Assembly: GCA_029251425.1 (NCBI GenBank)
Contig: JAQXDJ010000072.1
Location: 1-50,655 of the forward strand
DNA length: 50,655 nt
Direction of reading: 5' to 3'
DNA from: Vicingaceae bacterium
GTDB taxonomy: Bacteria > Bacteroidota > Bacteroidia > Flavobacteriales_E > Vicingaceae
The position numbers and the translations under genes are program-made. Below are positions 1-9,254 of the stretch, in pieces (position 1 is the stretch's first letter; each line of letters starts with the position of its first letter). A model generated the notes under the pieces. The model was not told where the DNA came from, did not search any database, and saw only the letters and a program-made list of their open reading frames with translations.

Positions 1-558
1 CCATATTATAGCAGTTGGAATTAAAAAAAATGGAATGAACATTAATTTTGATGCACTTTTATACATTTTATTCATAGTTCTATATCCCATCCACAAACCT
101 AAAAATGAAACAACAGCCATAAGAATAGAACTCACTAGATAAGAACCAAAACTCATAAAATTAAAAATAAACACTAACCTTCCAAAATCCCAATTTGAAG
201 TTCTTTCATAGTAATAATTATATTTTTCTAATGGGTTAAATTCTAGGCCACCTAATCCAGAATATGAAGTAAAAAAGGTAGAGAGCGTTTCTTTTAAATT
301 TATAAACAAATGATTTCTTAGATCTTCTCCAATCTGAAAATAAAGAAATGTATCTCCTTTTTGATAATAATACAATGAGATGATTACAAAAGCAATAGAA
401 CCAACAACTTTAGTAGAAAGTCCGAATAAAAAATAACGATATTCTGGATTACTTTTTATTTTACTTTTTTGATAACGAGCAGCAAAAAAATAAATAATTG
501 CAAGATAAAATAGGCTTAAACCTACATCAAACAATCCTATATTTGGAAGCGTAACCAT
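1..558 (-). CDS. Integral membrane protein of unknown family, C-terminal part cut off by the window edge
   Basis: Not in the supplied track because no stop lies inside the window. My reverse-complement read from the ATG (complement of 556-558) gives MVTLPNIGLFDVGLSLFYLAIIYFFAARYQKSK...FLGLWMGYRTMNKMYK...IPTAIIW. It stays open for all 186 codons to position 1 and has several hydrophobic helices. Confidence 0.5.
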   Translation of the reverse strand, partial: MVTLPNIGLFDVGLSLFYLAIIYFFAARYQKSKIKSNPEYRYFLFGLSTKVVGSIAFVIISLYYYQKGDTFLYFQIGEDLRNHLFINLKETLSTFFTSYSGLGGLEFNPLEKYNYYYERTSNWDFGRLVFIFNFMSFGSYLVSSILMAVVSFLGLWMGYRTMNKMYKSASKLMFIPFFLIPTAIIW

Positions 559-569
559 TAACTAAATTT

Positions 570-1139
570 ATGCAACTTGTTTTCGCAACAAACAACAAAA
601 ATAAAATTAAAGAAATAAACAACCTTATTGGGAATAGTATAGAACTATTAAGTTTAGAAGATATAAATTGTTTAGAGGATATCCCTGAAACTTCAGATAC
701 AATAGCTGGTAACGCATTACAAAAAGCCCAATATGTTTTTGATAAATATGGCTACAACTGTTTTGCTGATGATACTGGATTGGAAATTGAAAGTTTGAAT
801 AATGAACCAGGAATTTATTCCGCTCGTTATGCTGGACCACAAAGAAATTCAAATGACAATATGGATAAAGTTTTAGCCGGATTAAAAAATAAAGAAAATA
901 GAAATGCTCATTTCAAAACAGTTATCGCTTTAATTATTGATGGTAAGGAAACCTTATTTGAAGGGATTGCTAAAGGTGAAATAACAGAATCAAAAAGTGG
1001 GTCGGAAGGTTTTGGTTACGATCCTATTTTTAAACCTCAAGGCTATGAAATTACTTTTTCTGAAATGAATTTAGATGAAAAGAACAAGATTAGCCATCGT
1101 GCCAAGGCAATGAAACAATTAGTTAATTATCTAATGTAA
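570..1139 (+). CDS. rdgB: Non-canonical purine NTP pyrophosphatase (RdgB/HAM1 family)
   Basis: 189 aa. FATNNKNK, DTGLEIE, GFGYDPIF and SHRAKA motifs are typical of dITP/XTP pyrophosphatase. Confidence 0.9.
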   Translation: MQLVFATNNKNKIKEINNLIGNSIELLSLEDINCLEDIPETSDTIAGNALQKAQYVFDKYGYNCFADDTGLEIESLNNEPGIYSARYAGPQRNSNDNMDKVLAGLKNKENRNAHFKTVIALIIDGKETLFEGIAKGEITESKSGSEGFGYDPIFKPQGYEITFSEMNLDEKNKISHRAKAMKQLVNYLM

Positions 1140-1161
1140 AAATTAAACATTGTTACATTAG
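1131..1161. terminator. Possible bidirectional terminator hairpin between convergent rdgB and ddl
   Basis: Perfect 9-bp inverted repeat CTAATGTAA (1131-1139) / TTACATTAG (1153-1161). It is AT-rich with a 13-nt loop and no clean T-run, so the call is weak. Confidence 0.3.
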
Positions 1162-1165
1162 ATAA

Positions 1166-2122
1166 TTAACTAATTGCTCCATTAATAACCTCATTCAACA
1201 TATCTTCTAAAGCTATTCCTTCATGCTCTGCCATTTGAGGGATTAAACTTGCAGCACTCATTCCCGGAACTGTATTAATCTCTATTAGATAAGGTTCATC
1301 ATCTTGTATAATATAATCTGCTCTCGCAATTCCTTTTAAATCTAATAATTCAAAAATTTCTTTAGTTACAGCTTTTACTTTTTTAGTCAATTCATTAGAC
1401 AAATCTGCTGGTGTAATCTCATTAGACTCTCCTTTGTATTTCGCATCAAAATCAAAAAAACCGTTATCAGTAATTATTTCTGTTATTGGTAATGATACAA
1501 TACCTTTCGCACCCTTATAAATTCCATTGGTAACCTCTCTACCACTCATAAAACATTCAATAATTGCTTGTGTTCCATGAGAGAGAGCCAGTTCTATAGC
1601 TTTTTTTAATTCGCTTTCTTTTTCCACTTTTGTAATACCAAAACTACTCCCACCATCATTAGGTTTTACAAAACACGGCAAACCAATTTTTGTAATTATT
1701 TCAGCACTATTGATAACATCTTTTTTTCTAATTAAAACAGCATCTGCCACCTTAATGCCAAAAGTTTTTAAATAACGATTACACGCAAACTTGTTAAATG
1801 TAAGTGTTGCAGCAAAATGACCACAAGTGGTATATGGAACATTTAACATCTCAAAGTAAGCTTGCAACTTTCCATCCTCTCCTGGAGTACCATGAATAAC
1901 AATAAAGGCAATATCAAATTTAGTGTCTCTAAAAGAAAAATCATCTCGGTTCACCTCAACTCTTTCATCTCCAACAAATGCAAACCACCCTTTTTCATCT
2001 ATCCTAACTTTAATTGGATTATATAGTGTTTTATCAATATTTTGAAACACCGTTTCGGCACTTTGCAATGAAATTATTTTTTCATGGCTATATCCTCCTT
2101 CAATTATTGCGACATTTTTCAT
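1166..2122 (-). CDS. ddl: D-alanine--D-alanine ligase
   Basis: 318 aa. HGTPGEDGKLQ motif, ATP-grasp body and C-terminal EINTVPGMS motif. Confidence 0.93.
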   Translation of the reverse strand: MKNVAIIEGGYSHEKIISLQSAETVFQNIDKTLYNPIKVRIDEKGWFAFVGDERVEVNRDDFSFRDTKFDIAFIVIHGTPGEDGKLQAYFEMLNVPYTTCGHFAATLTFNKFACNRYLKTFGIKVADAVLIRKKDVINSAEIITKIGLPCFVKPNDGGSSFGITKVEKESELKKAIELALSHGTQAIIECFMSGREVTNGIYKGAKGIVSLPITEIITDNGFFDFDAKYKGESNEITPADLSNELTKKVKAVTKEIFELLDLKGIARADYIIQDDEPYLIEINTVPGMSAASLIPQMAEHEGIALEDMLNEVINGAIS

Positions 2123-2139
2123 AACGTTATTCTTTTAAT

Positions 2140-2147
2140 CAAATGTA
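2140..2147 (-). promoter_or_regulatory. Candidate Bacteroidota -7 promoter box for ddl
   Basis: The minus strand reads TACATTTG, an exact TAnnTTTG match, 17 nt upstream of the ddl ATG. I found no clear -33 TTTG. Confidence 0.35.
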
Positions 2148-2225
2148 TTTTATAAGCTGCTAAATACTTCTTATCCTTTAAAATAAATATGAATAAACTA
2201 TTGTTTATTACTTTTATCCTCGCAA

Positions 2226-3332
2226 ATGGCCAAACAAAAAATAATAGTTTCTGTTACCAACGATTTATCTACTGATCAAAGAGCAGATAAGATTTGTAAT
2301 ACCTTAACAAATTTAGGTTATGATGTTTTACTTATTGGAAGGTATTATAAAACCAGCCAATTTATTTATCGTAATTACGAAACAAAAAGGTTTAACTTAT
2401 GGTTTAATAAAGGCTTTTTATTCTATGCCAATTATAATATTCGTTTATTTATCTTTTTATTATTTACCGATTCTGCTATTTTATGGAGTAATGATTTAGA
2501 TACCTTACCTTCTAATTACATTATATCTAAATGGAAAAATGTCAAACTAGTTTTTGATAGTCATGAATATTTTACAGAAGTACCCGAACTAATAAACAGA
2601 CCAACTATTCAGAAAATTTGGAAAGGTATTGAAAGAAAAATTCTTCCGAAAATAACACATGTAATAACTGTTAGCCAGTCTATTGTAAATTTATTTGAAA
2701 AAGAGTATAATATAAAAGTCCAACTATTAAGAAATGTTCCTTCGATAAAAAAAGAAATTACTGAGGTTGAAAACATAAAAGTAGCTGGTAAAAAAACAAT
2801 TATCTATCAAGGTGCTATTAATGTAAACAGAGGTATTGAGCAAATGGTTTTAGCCATGTTGCATATAGATGATGCTACTTTATACATTGCTGGATCTGGA
2901 GATATTTCAGAAAAAATTAAAACGCTTATTGTAACAAATGAGTTATCTAAAAAAGTAATAATGTTAGGTAAAATCCCTTTAGAAAAATTACACAGTTATA
3001 CGACTCAAGCTGATTTAGGATTAAGCTTAGAAGAAGATGCTGGCTTAAACTACCGCTTTGCCTTGCCCAACAAACTATTTGATTATATACAAGCTGAAAT
3101 TCCCGTTTTAGTTGCCAATTTACCTGAAATGGAAAAACTGGCAAAACAATACGAAGTTGGCAGTGTCATTGAAAATCATTCTCCAGAGCACATTGCTAAA
3201 AAAATTAAAGGCATGCTAGCTAATCAAGAACAAATTGATACATGGAAAACAAATTGTACAAAAGCTGCTCAAGAATTAAATTGGGAAAAAGAAACTCAGT
3301 TTTTGGAAGACTTTCTTAATGAAAGTAAATAA
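2226..3332 (+). CDS. Glycosyltransferase, GT-B fold (family 4/1-like)
   Basis: 368 aa. The C-terminal half has the GT1/GT4 pattern (IIYQGAI...GLSLEED...LPNKLFDYIQAEIPVL). Confidence 0.75.
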   Translation: MAKQKIIVSVTNDLSTDQRADKICNTLTNLGYDVLLIGRYYKTSQFIYRNYETKRFNLWFNKGFLFYANYNIRLFIFLLFTDSAILWSNDLDTLPSNYIISKWKNVKLVFDSHEYFTEVPELINRPTIQKIWKGIERKILPKITHVITVSQSIVNLFEKEYNIKVQLLRNVPSIKKEITEVENIKVAGKKTIIYQGAINVNRGIEQMVLAMLHIDDATLYIAGSGDISEKIKTLIVTNELSKKVIMLGKIPLEKLHSYTTQADLGLSLEEDAGLNYRFALPNKLFDYIQAEIPVLVANLPEMEKLAKQYEVGSVIENHSPEHIAKKIKGMLANQEQIDTWKTNCTKAAQELNWEKETQFLEDFLNESK

Positions 3333-4192
3333 CCTAGTTTGTAAAAATCGAATCCCTTTAAATTAGAATTTTCTTTTTGAAGCTTTTTTAAAATTTTAAT
3401 CTTATTCCTACTCCAATAAGACAATACAATAGAGCTTAGTCCCATTTTCGATATAAAACGATATCCTTTTACCAACTTAATTGATTCATCAACTTTATGC
3501 TGACTTAACAATTGGCTTAAATTACCTATCCCCTCTTGTGTTTTTTTGATAAAAGTTTCAAAATCTTCTAATCCTATATGACATAATGGATTTTCAATAT
3601 GAATAATCGGAACTCCTTTTTGTTTTAATTCAATTCCAAATAAGGTATCCTCATGTCCATAACCCTTAATGGTTTCATCTAATTTTATTTCTTGATAAAT
3701 GTGTTTTGGAATGCAAAAGTTATTGGTCATAAAATGACTGTAAATTGCTTTTTTTCGTTCTTCAGAATTAATCGTTTCGCGATTTACACCATACCACCAC
3801 CTAAAATATTCTTCATTATTTTTTGGTTGGTTTTTGTCATAATTTCTTCCTCCATAAACAACACTTATTCCATCTATTTTAGCAATATAATTGGAAATAA
3901 ATTTTTGATTATTGGTTTTAGAATCACAATCTAAAAAAAGTAAATTATCATACTTAGCCATTTCTGACATTCGATTTCTAATTTTTGACCGACCAACATT
4001 CTCTGGTAATTCCTCATAAACCACTCCTGCCTCAGATGAAAGCTTTGAATTTTTAGCCTTAAAACTAGCATCAGAAAAATCATCCAAACAAATAATTTCA
4101 AAAGCAATATTACAATCAGAACATTGCCTTGCTAGGTCGGTAACAAAAGGTACCACATTAAAATTATATACTGGAATTAATACTGACAACAT
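3296..4192 (-). CDS. Glycosyltransferase family 2
   Basis: 298 aa. N-terminal LSVLIPVYN and DDFSDD-like (LDDFSD) GT-A motifs, followed by FLDCDS. Confidence 0.75.
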   Translation of the reverse strand: MLSVLIPVYNFNVVPFVTDLARQCSDCNIAFEIICLDDFSDASFKAKNSKLSSEAGVVYEELPENVGRSKIRNRMSEMAKYDNLLFLDCDSKTNNQKFISNYIAKIDGISVVYGGRNYDKNQPKNNEEYFRWWYGVNRETINSEERKKAIYSHFMTNNFCIPKHIYQEIKLDETIKGYGHEDTLFGIELKQKGVPIIHIENPLCHIGLEDFETFIKKTQEGIGNLSQLLSQHKVDESIKLVKGYRFISKMGLSSIVLSYWSRNKIKILKKLQKENSNLKGFDFYKLGYLLSLRKSSKN

Positions 4193-4235
4193 ACTTCGGG
4201 TAAAAATACCGAAAGAAATGAAAGCATTTAAATAA

Positions 4236-5609
4236 TCAAAGTCCTTTTAACCTCTCTTCAGCTTTTACATTATAAAACCCATCGTCTTCACTAATTGTCT
4301 TTAATATTTTTTTTGCTGATGTTTTATCATTCATACTAATTAAGGTTAGCGCTTTATACCAAATCGCCTCTTCATTAAACTCAGTTTCCTTGTTTTTTAA
4401 AACCCTATTAAATTTCTTTATTGCAGAAGCATTCTGACCTAAATGATAAAAACATAAACCAGAATAAAACTGGGCATTTACTTCTTCTGGATGTTTTGCT
4501 AAAATATGATCGAACTCCGAAAGCGCATCTCTGTATTTTTGATTTTTATACAGTTGTATTCCTTGCTCCAATGTTTCTTTATAAGTAATTTCAATAGTAG
4601 CTTCTTCTTTAGCTTTTTCAGCTACTTCTTTATCAAATTTATTGGCATATCCTGCAGAAATTCCACTTAAATCAATAGCCATTTCATTTTCTGAATCGTA
4701 AACTTTCTGGTACTCTTCCAAATAATTTACTGTTTTATAACCATCAATAATTCTAATATTCTGAGGAGTAACAATTCGTTCTTCAACTACACTTCCCAAA
4801 ACATCAGCATAAGCTGGAGCAGATGAAACAGCTCTTGAATTTGAATTCTTCTTACGTTGTTTCGATAAACTCTTATTCTCTCTTTTTTCTGTAATTGATT
4901 CATCTCTCTCCGCAACAACACTTTCAGTCATCGCCATTTTAGTAACAACCGATGGATCTTCTAAAGCATCCTTCAGTTTCACTTCAGCTTCAACAACAAT
5001 TTCTTCTTCCATCTCCACATCTTCAATTTCATCTAAAGAAAAAGCTTCAGCATTTGCAACTATTGGAGATTCTGCCATTTCTTCAACAACAAGATCATCT
5101 TCAATTTCTGCAACTAGTCCTTCTGACATAACATTTTCTGAAATCAATTCTGGAATAACTTCTTTATTATCATTTTCCAACTCAATTCCTGTTAAAAACC
5201 CTTTATTATTTATATTTTCTGTGGTTTGTTTTTCTTTTGCCTGAACCGTTTTATTTAACGCTAAATTCCCATCGTTATTTATAGTCTCATTAAAAAGATT
5301 AAAGGTAAAGTAGGTGCCAAAAACAATTGCTATTAGAGAAGCTGCCACCATTAAATTTCGCATTATTGGAGTTTTATTCACTCCACCACTAACTCGTTTA
5401 TCAATCTGGTTATCAATAGCAAAAAGCATAGAAGAGTTCTGAGTTAGAGCCAACCCTTCATAAGCATCTGTACACAATTCACAATCAAGCATGTGTGTCT
5501 CAGCCTTATGTAACTCTTCCTTCGGTAATTGTTTATTAATATACCTCAGCATAGTTTCTTTTGAGATGCAAGTCGTATTCGAAAATATGTGGTTATGTAA
5601 ATCTTTCAT
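4236..5609 (-). CDS. Membrane anti-sigma factor: N-terminal zinc-finger (HxxxCxxC), one TM helix, acidic linker, C-terminal TPR domain
   Basis: 457 aa. HMLDCELC matches the zf-HC2/ZAS motif. Hydrophobic helix NLMVAASLIAIVFGTYFTFNLF. Long Glu/Asp/Val-rich stretch. TPR-like C-terminus (YKNQKYRDALSEFDHIL...QFYSGLCFYHLGQ). Its start is 8 nt downstream of the ECF sigma gene stop. Confidence 0.7.
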   Translation of the reverse strand: MKDLHNHIFSNTTCISKETMLRYINKQLPKEELHKAETHMLDCELCTDAYEGLALTQNSSMLFAIDNQIDKRVSGGVNKTPIMRNLMVAASLIAIVFGTYFTFNLFNETINNDGNLALNKTVQAKEKQTTENINNKGFLTGIELENDNKEVIPELISENVMSEGLVAEIEDDLVVEEMAESPIVANAEAFSLDEIEDVEMEEEIVVEAEVKLKDALEDPSVVTKMAMTESVVAERDESITEKRENKSLSKQRKKNSNSRAVSSAPAYADVLGSVVEERIVTPQNIRIIDGYKTVNYLEEYQKVYDSENEMAIDLSGISAGYANKFDKEVAEKAKEEATIEITYKETLEQGIQLYKNQKYRDALSEFDHILAKHPEEVNAQFYSGLCFYHLGQNASAIKKFNRVLKNKETEFNEEAIWYKALTLISMNDKTSAKKILKTISEDDGFYNVKAEERLKGL

Positions 5610-5617
5610 TATATTAT

Positions 5618-6199
5618 TTATTCGTCTAACATGATGTTAGCTAAATTTCGTTTTCCATTTTGTATGTAACTTTTTACTTTTTTAATCTCGTACCCTGTAA
5701 TTTCTGCAACTTCGTTATAGCATTTTTCTTTTAAGAAGAAGAGTTCTACACAAACACGCTGTTCTTCTTTTAAACTTAACATAGCTGTTTCTAGCTTAGT
5801 TAACATCACCTCTTTTTCTTCTTTTTCATGAATTGCAAAAGGTGCTGCAAAAGTTTCTTCGTGTTGATAGGTTGCTTCATAGTCGTTTACTCGTTTCAGT
5901 TTTGTTTGTTGCTTCCTCAAAAACATTAAACTATGATTACGTGCCACGCTGTGCAACCAACTTTTAAAATTGGCAATTTCATGCTTTTTCAAATCTTCCA
6001 GCAAGTTTTCAAAAATCTGTATCACAGCATCTTTACTTTCTTCTTCGTTTTTTAAATATTTAAGACAAACTCCATAAACCAAGTGCGAGTATCTTTTATA
6101 TAACTCTCCTACTAACGAACTATCACCAGTTTTTTTATACTTGGCAATTAGCTCATTATCGGTTAATGATTGTATGTTTTTTGTCTTAAATAATCGCAT
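5618..6199 (-). CDS. ECF-type RNA polymerase sigma-70 family factor
   Basis: 193 aa. Region 2 (LVYGVCLKYLKNEEESKDAVQ...FKSWLHSVARN) and a region 4 HTH (CYNEVAEITGYEIKKVKSYIQNGKRNL). Confidence 0.85.
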   Translation of the reverse strand: MRLFKTKNIQSLTDNELIAKYKKTGDSSLVGELYKRYSHLVYGVCLKYLKNEEESKDAVIQIFENLLEDLKKHEIANFKSWLHSVARNHSLMFLRKQQTKLKRVNDYEATYQHEETFAAPFAIHEKEEKEVMLTKLETAMLSLKEEQRVCVELFFLKEKCYNEVAEITGYEIKKVKSYIQNGKRNLANIMLDE

Positions 6200-6212
6200 T
6201 TTACTGCTATCT

Positions 6213-6920
6213 CTATTTAAATTTTTGTGCTAAATCAAAATAACTTTTTGTTTCCACTACAATAACTCCGCCAGTTACATCTCCGTAAGCCGAAGGGATA
6301 CCACTCGTATAAACTTTAGCACTCCCCACTGCTAATCCTGGGATTCCTATCTCTCCTGTGCGAGATTTTACACCATCTGTTATAAATTGTGTAGAAGTTG
6401 GTCTTGCCCCTCTAATCATCACATCTTTTCCATTTGGTGCTAATTGAACTCCAGCTGTTAACCCTGCAATTGCTTTAATTGGATCTATCCTATTAGGGTT
6501 TCTCTGAAAAGATTTTGGGTCAATGTGTTGAACTCCTGGCTCTCCCTTATCTATTAATGGGATTTCATGAATTTTTTCAACAATAGTAAATATATCTAAA
6601 TCTGTTGCTGCAATTTCCATATCAACATTAACATAGGCTATATTTCCTGACGTTACAATTACATCATTAATTTTCATTGGTTTATAACCCATATATGTTG
6701 CGTAAACAGCATGAGTTCCTGAATTTACCGGTTTTATAGTATATTTCCCATTAGCATCTGTTGCAGTTCCTTGCTTTGCTCCTGCAACCTCTATATAAAC
6801 AGTAACCCCTGGTAATGGGCCTGTTTCGTCTTTTATAATTCCTTTTATTTCTCCCAATTGAGCAAAGGAATTACTTGTTATAAATAATGCTATCGATATT
6901 AGTGTAAGTAGTTTTTTCAT
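6213..6920 (-). CDS. Stand-alone CarboxypepD_reg + TonB-dependent-receptor plug domain protein with no beta-barrel
   Basis: 235 aa. Signal peptide, GIIKDETGPLPGVTVYIE (carboxypeptidase regulatory-like fold), then plug-like DVMIRGARPTSTQFITDGV...GGVIVVETK. The ORF stops right after the plug, 13 nt before the sigma gene. Confidence 0.65.
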   Translation of the reverse strand: MKKLLTLISIALFITSNSFAQLGEIKGIIKDETGPLPGVTVYIEVAGAKQGTATDANGKYTIKPVNSGTHAVYATYMGYKPMKINDVIVTSGNIAYVNVDMEIAATDLDIFTIVEKIHEIPLIDKGEPGVQHIDPKSFQRNPNRIDPIKAIAGLTAGVQLAPNGKDVMIRGARPTSTQFITDGVKSRTGEIGIPGLAVGSAKVYTSGIPSAYGDVTGGVIVVETKSYFDLAQKFK

Positions 6921-7130
6921 AAGTTCTAAGTTTTAAATTAAGTGAATTATTATCAATTAAACATGTCTTTTAAAAGAATTCTCACTAACTAGATGCAAAC
7001 ACTTCTAAAATTCCATAAAATTTTTCAATAAAAATTTTATCTATACTTATAATCAACCGTTTATCATTTTCTAGACCAGCCATTTAATTTTTTAATTAAT
7101 TTCGGTGCACTTAACTTTAAAAATAAAAGA

Positions 7131-9185
7131 ATGAATAAAATAAACAAAACACTTTTAAGCCTTACAGCTGTAGCTATTGCTGTCGGGTGTGGAAGTGGAG
7201 AAGAAAACACTCACCAGGAAGAAACTAAGGTAACTACACCGGCTTTTGATATTAGCCAAATTGACTCAACTATTCATCCATGTGAAGATTTTGAACAATA
7301 TGCTGTAGGAAATTGGTTAAAAGACAATCCTGTACCAGAATCGGAAAGCAGATGGGGGAGTTTTAACATTGTACATGATGCTAACGAGATTAAATTAAGA
7401 GCAATTGTTGAAGATGCTGTTAGCGCAAAAGGAGAAAAAGGAACTCCTTTACAGCAAGTTGGCGATTTTTACGCTTCGGCTTTAGATTCAACCACTACAA
7501 ATGAATTAGGTATTACACCTATCCAACCATTATTAGATAAAATTGATGCTGTAACAAACGTTCAGGAATTAGTTGAAACAATGGCAGAAACAAGAAAAAG
7601 AGGTTCTGGCTCAATGTTTTCTGGTTATGTAGGGATTGATTCTAAAAACAGTTCTCAATACATTATGCAGATTTCTCAAGGTGGTTTAGGTTTGCCTGAT
7701 AAATCATATTACACACCTTCTGATGAAAGAGGAGAAAATATTTTTAACGAATATAAAAAGCACATTGCTGCTTTATTTGTTTTAGCAGGGAAAGAACAAG
7801 CAGAAGCTGATGAAATTGCTAATCAAGTTGTAGAAATTGAATCTGAATTGGCTGCCAACTCTATGGATAGAGTTCAAAGAAGAAACCCTGAACTAACTTA
7901 CAATAAGTTAACAGTTGCTGAACTTCAAGAATTATGTGGAGCTATTAATTGGGCTTCATTTTTTGATGTTGCAGAACTAGAAGGTGTTGACAATGTAATT
8001 GTAAGACAAGTAGATTTTATTAAAGCATTAAATGGTTCATTAACTAAGTTTCCAATTGAAAACTGGAAAACTTACATGAAATGGCATTTAATTAATGATA
8101 TGGCTGGAAACCTAAGTGAGGACTTTGAAAAACAAAGCTTTTCTTTTTATTCAACTACTTTAAGAGGAACTAAAGTAATGAAGCCAAGATGGAAAAGAGC
8201 TTTATCTAAATCTAACGGAAACGTTGGAGAGCAAATTGGAAAACTATTTGTTGAAGCACACTTCCCAGAAGAATCTAAACAAAAAGTATTGGATTTAATT
8301 GGAAACATTAATACAGTATTTAAAGAACGTGTTCAAAAATTAGATTGGATGGGTGAAGATACCAAAGCGAAAGCAATGGAAAAATTAAGCAAATTCACTT
8401 ATAAAATTGGTTACCCTGACAAGTGGGAAGATTACAGCTCTGTTGATATTTCAGCTAACACGTTAGCTCAAAATGTAATGAACTTAAATTACTTTGGATA
8501 TCTTAAAAATGTTAAACGTTTAGGTCAACCTATTGATAAAGATGAATGGGGAATGAATCCACAAACAATTAATGCTTATTACAATCCAGTAATGAACGAG
8601 ATTGTTTTCCCTGCTGCAATTTTACAACCTCCATTTTTTAATGCTGATGCAGATGATGCTATTAATTACGGGGGTATTGGAGCTGTTATTGGGCATGAAT
8701 TTTCTCATGGCTTTGATGATCAAGGGTGTAAATATGACGGAGAAGGAAACTTAAACAATTGGTGGACTGAGCAAGACTTAGCTAATTTTGGAGAAAGAAC
8801 AGCTAAGTTAGTTAACCAATTTGATGGTTATGAAGTTGCTGAAGGAAACCATGTAAATGGAAACTTAACTTTAGGTGAAAACATTGCTGATATTGCTGGA
8901 ATTACACTTGCTTACTATGCTTTAGAAAAAGCAATGGAAGGTAAAGAAGATCCAATGATTGATGGGTTTGATTATAACCAACGTTTCTTTTTAAGTTGGG
9001 CGCAAGTATGGCATTCTAATGCTAAAGATGAGTACTTAATTAACCAAGTTAAAACTGATCCACATTCTCCAACTAGATACAGAACTAACGGACCGTTAAC
9101 AAACATGAATGAGTTCCAATCTGCTTTTGGATGTAAAGAAGGTGCAATGATTGCTCCTGACAGTTCAAAAGTTACAATCTGGTAG
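7131..9185 (+). CDS. pepO: M13 family zinc metalloendopeptidase (PepO/neprilysin-like), lipoprotein
   Basis: 684 aa. Lipobox-like AVGCGSG, HEFSHGFD (HExxH), GENIADIAG (ENxADxGG) and C-terminal ...VTIW. Confidence 0.9.
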   Translation: MNKINKTLLSLTAVAIAVGCGSGEENTHQEETKVTTPAFDISQIDSTIHPCEDFEQYAVGNWLKDNPVPESESRWGSFNIVHDANEIKLRAIVEDAVSAKGEKGTPLQQVGDFYASALDSTTTNELGITPIQPLLDKIDAVTNVQELVETMAETRKRGSGSMFSGYVGIDSKNSSQYIMQISQGGLGLPDKSYYTPSDERGENIFNEYKKHIAALFVLAGKEQAEADEIANQVVEIESELAANSMDRVQRRNPELTYNKLTVAELQELCGAINWASFFDVAELEGVDNVIVRQVDFIKALNGSLTKFPIENWKTYMKWHLINDMAGNLSEDFEKQSFSFYSTTLRGTKVMKPRWKRALSKSNGNVGEQIGKLFVEAHFPEESKQKVLDLIGNINTVFKERVQKLDWMGEDTKAKAMEKLSKFTYKIGYPDKWEDYSSVDISANTLAQNVMNLNYFGYLKNVKRLGQPIDKDEWGMNPQTINAYYNPVMNEIVFPAAILQPPFFNADADDAINYGGIGAVIGHEFSHGFDDQGCKYDGEGNLNNWWTEQDLANFGERTAKLVNQFDGYEVAEGNHVNGNLTLGENIADIAGITLAYYALEKAMEGKEDPMIDGFDYNQRFFLSWAQVWHSNAKDEYLINQVKTDPHSPTRYRTNGPLTNMNEFQSAFGCKEGAMIAPDSSKVTIW

Positions 9186-9217
9186 CCGACAATGTCGGTA
9201 GATAATTATTGATAACT

Positions 9218-9248
9218 GATCCCGCATTTATGCGGGATCTTTTTATTT
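9218..9248 (+). terminator. Rho-independent terminator after pepO
   Basis: GATCCCGCA (9218-9226) / TGCGGGATC (9231-9239) hairpin with a 4-nt loop, followed by TTTTTATTT. Confidence 0.75.
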
Positions 9249-9254
9249 GTACAC

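Noticed and set aside
556-572. The divergent start codons of the partial membrane gene and rdgB are only 11 nt apart. Convergent genes also overlap at their 3' ends by 37 nt (3296-3332) and 11 nt (24038-24048).
   Set aside because: This is consistent with a compact genome. Promoters must sit inside neighbouring coding sequence, but nothing in the sequence indicates a specific regulatory device.
6213-6920. Considered calling the barrel-less plug protein a pseudogene.
   Set aside because: The ORF is intact with a signal peptide and ends exactly at the domain boundary. No frameshifted barrel remnant follows, since only 13 nt remain before the next gene. It is kept as a CDS and raised as a finding instead.
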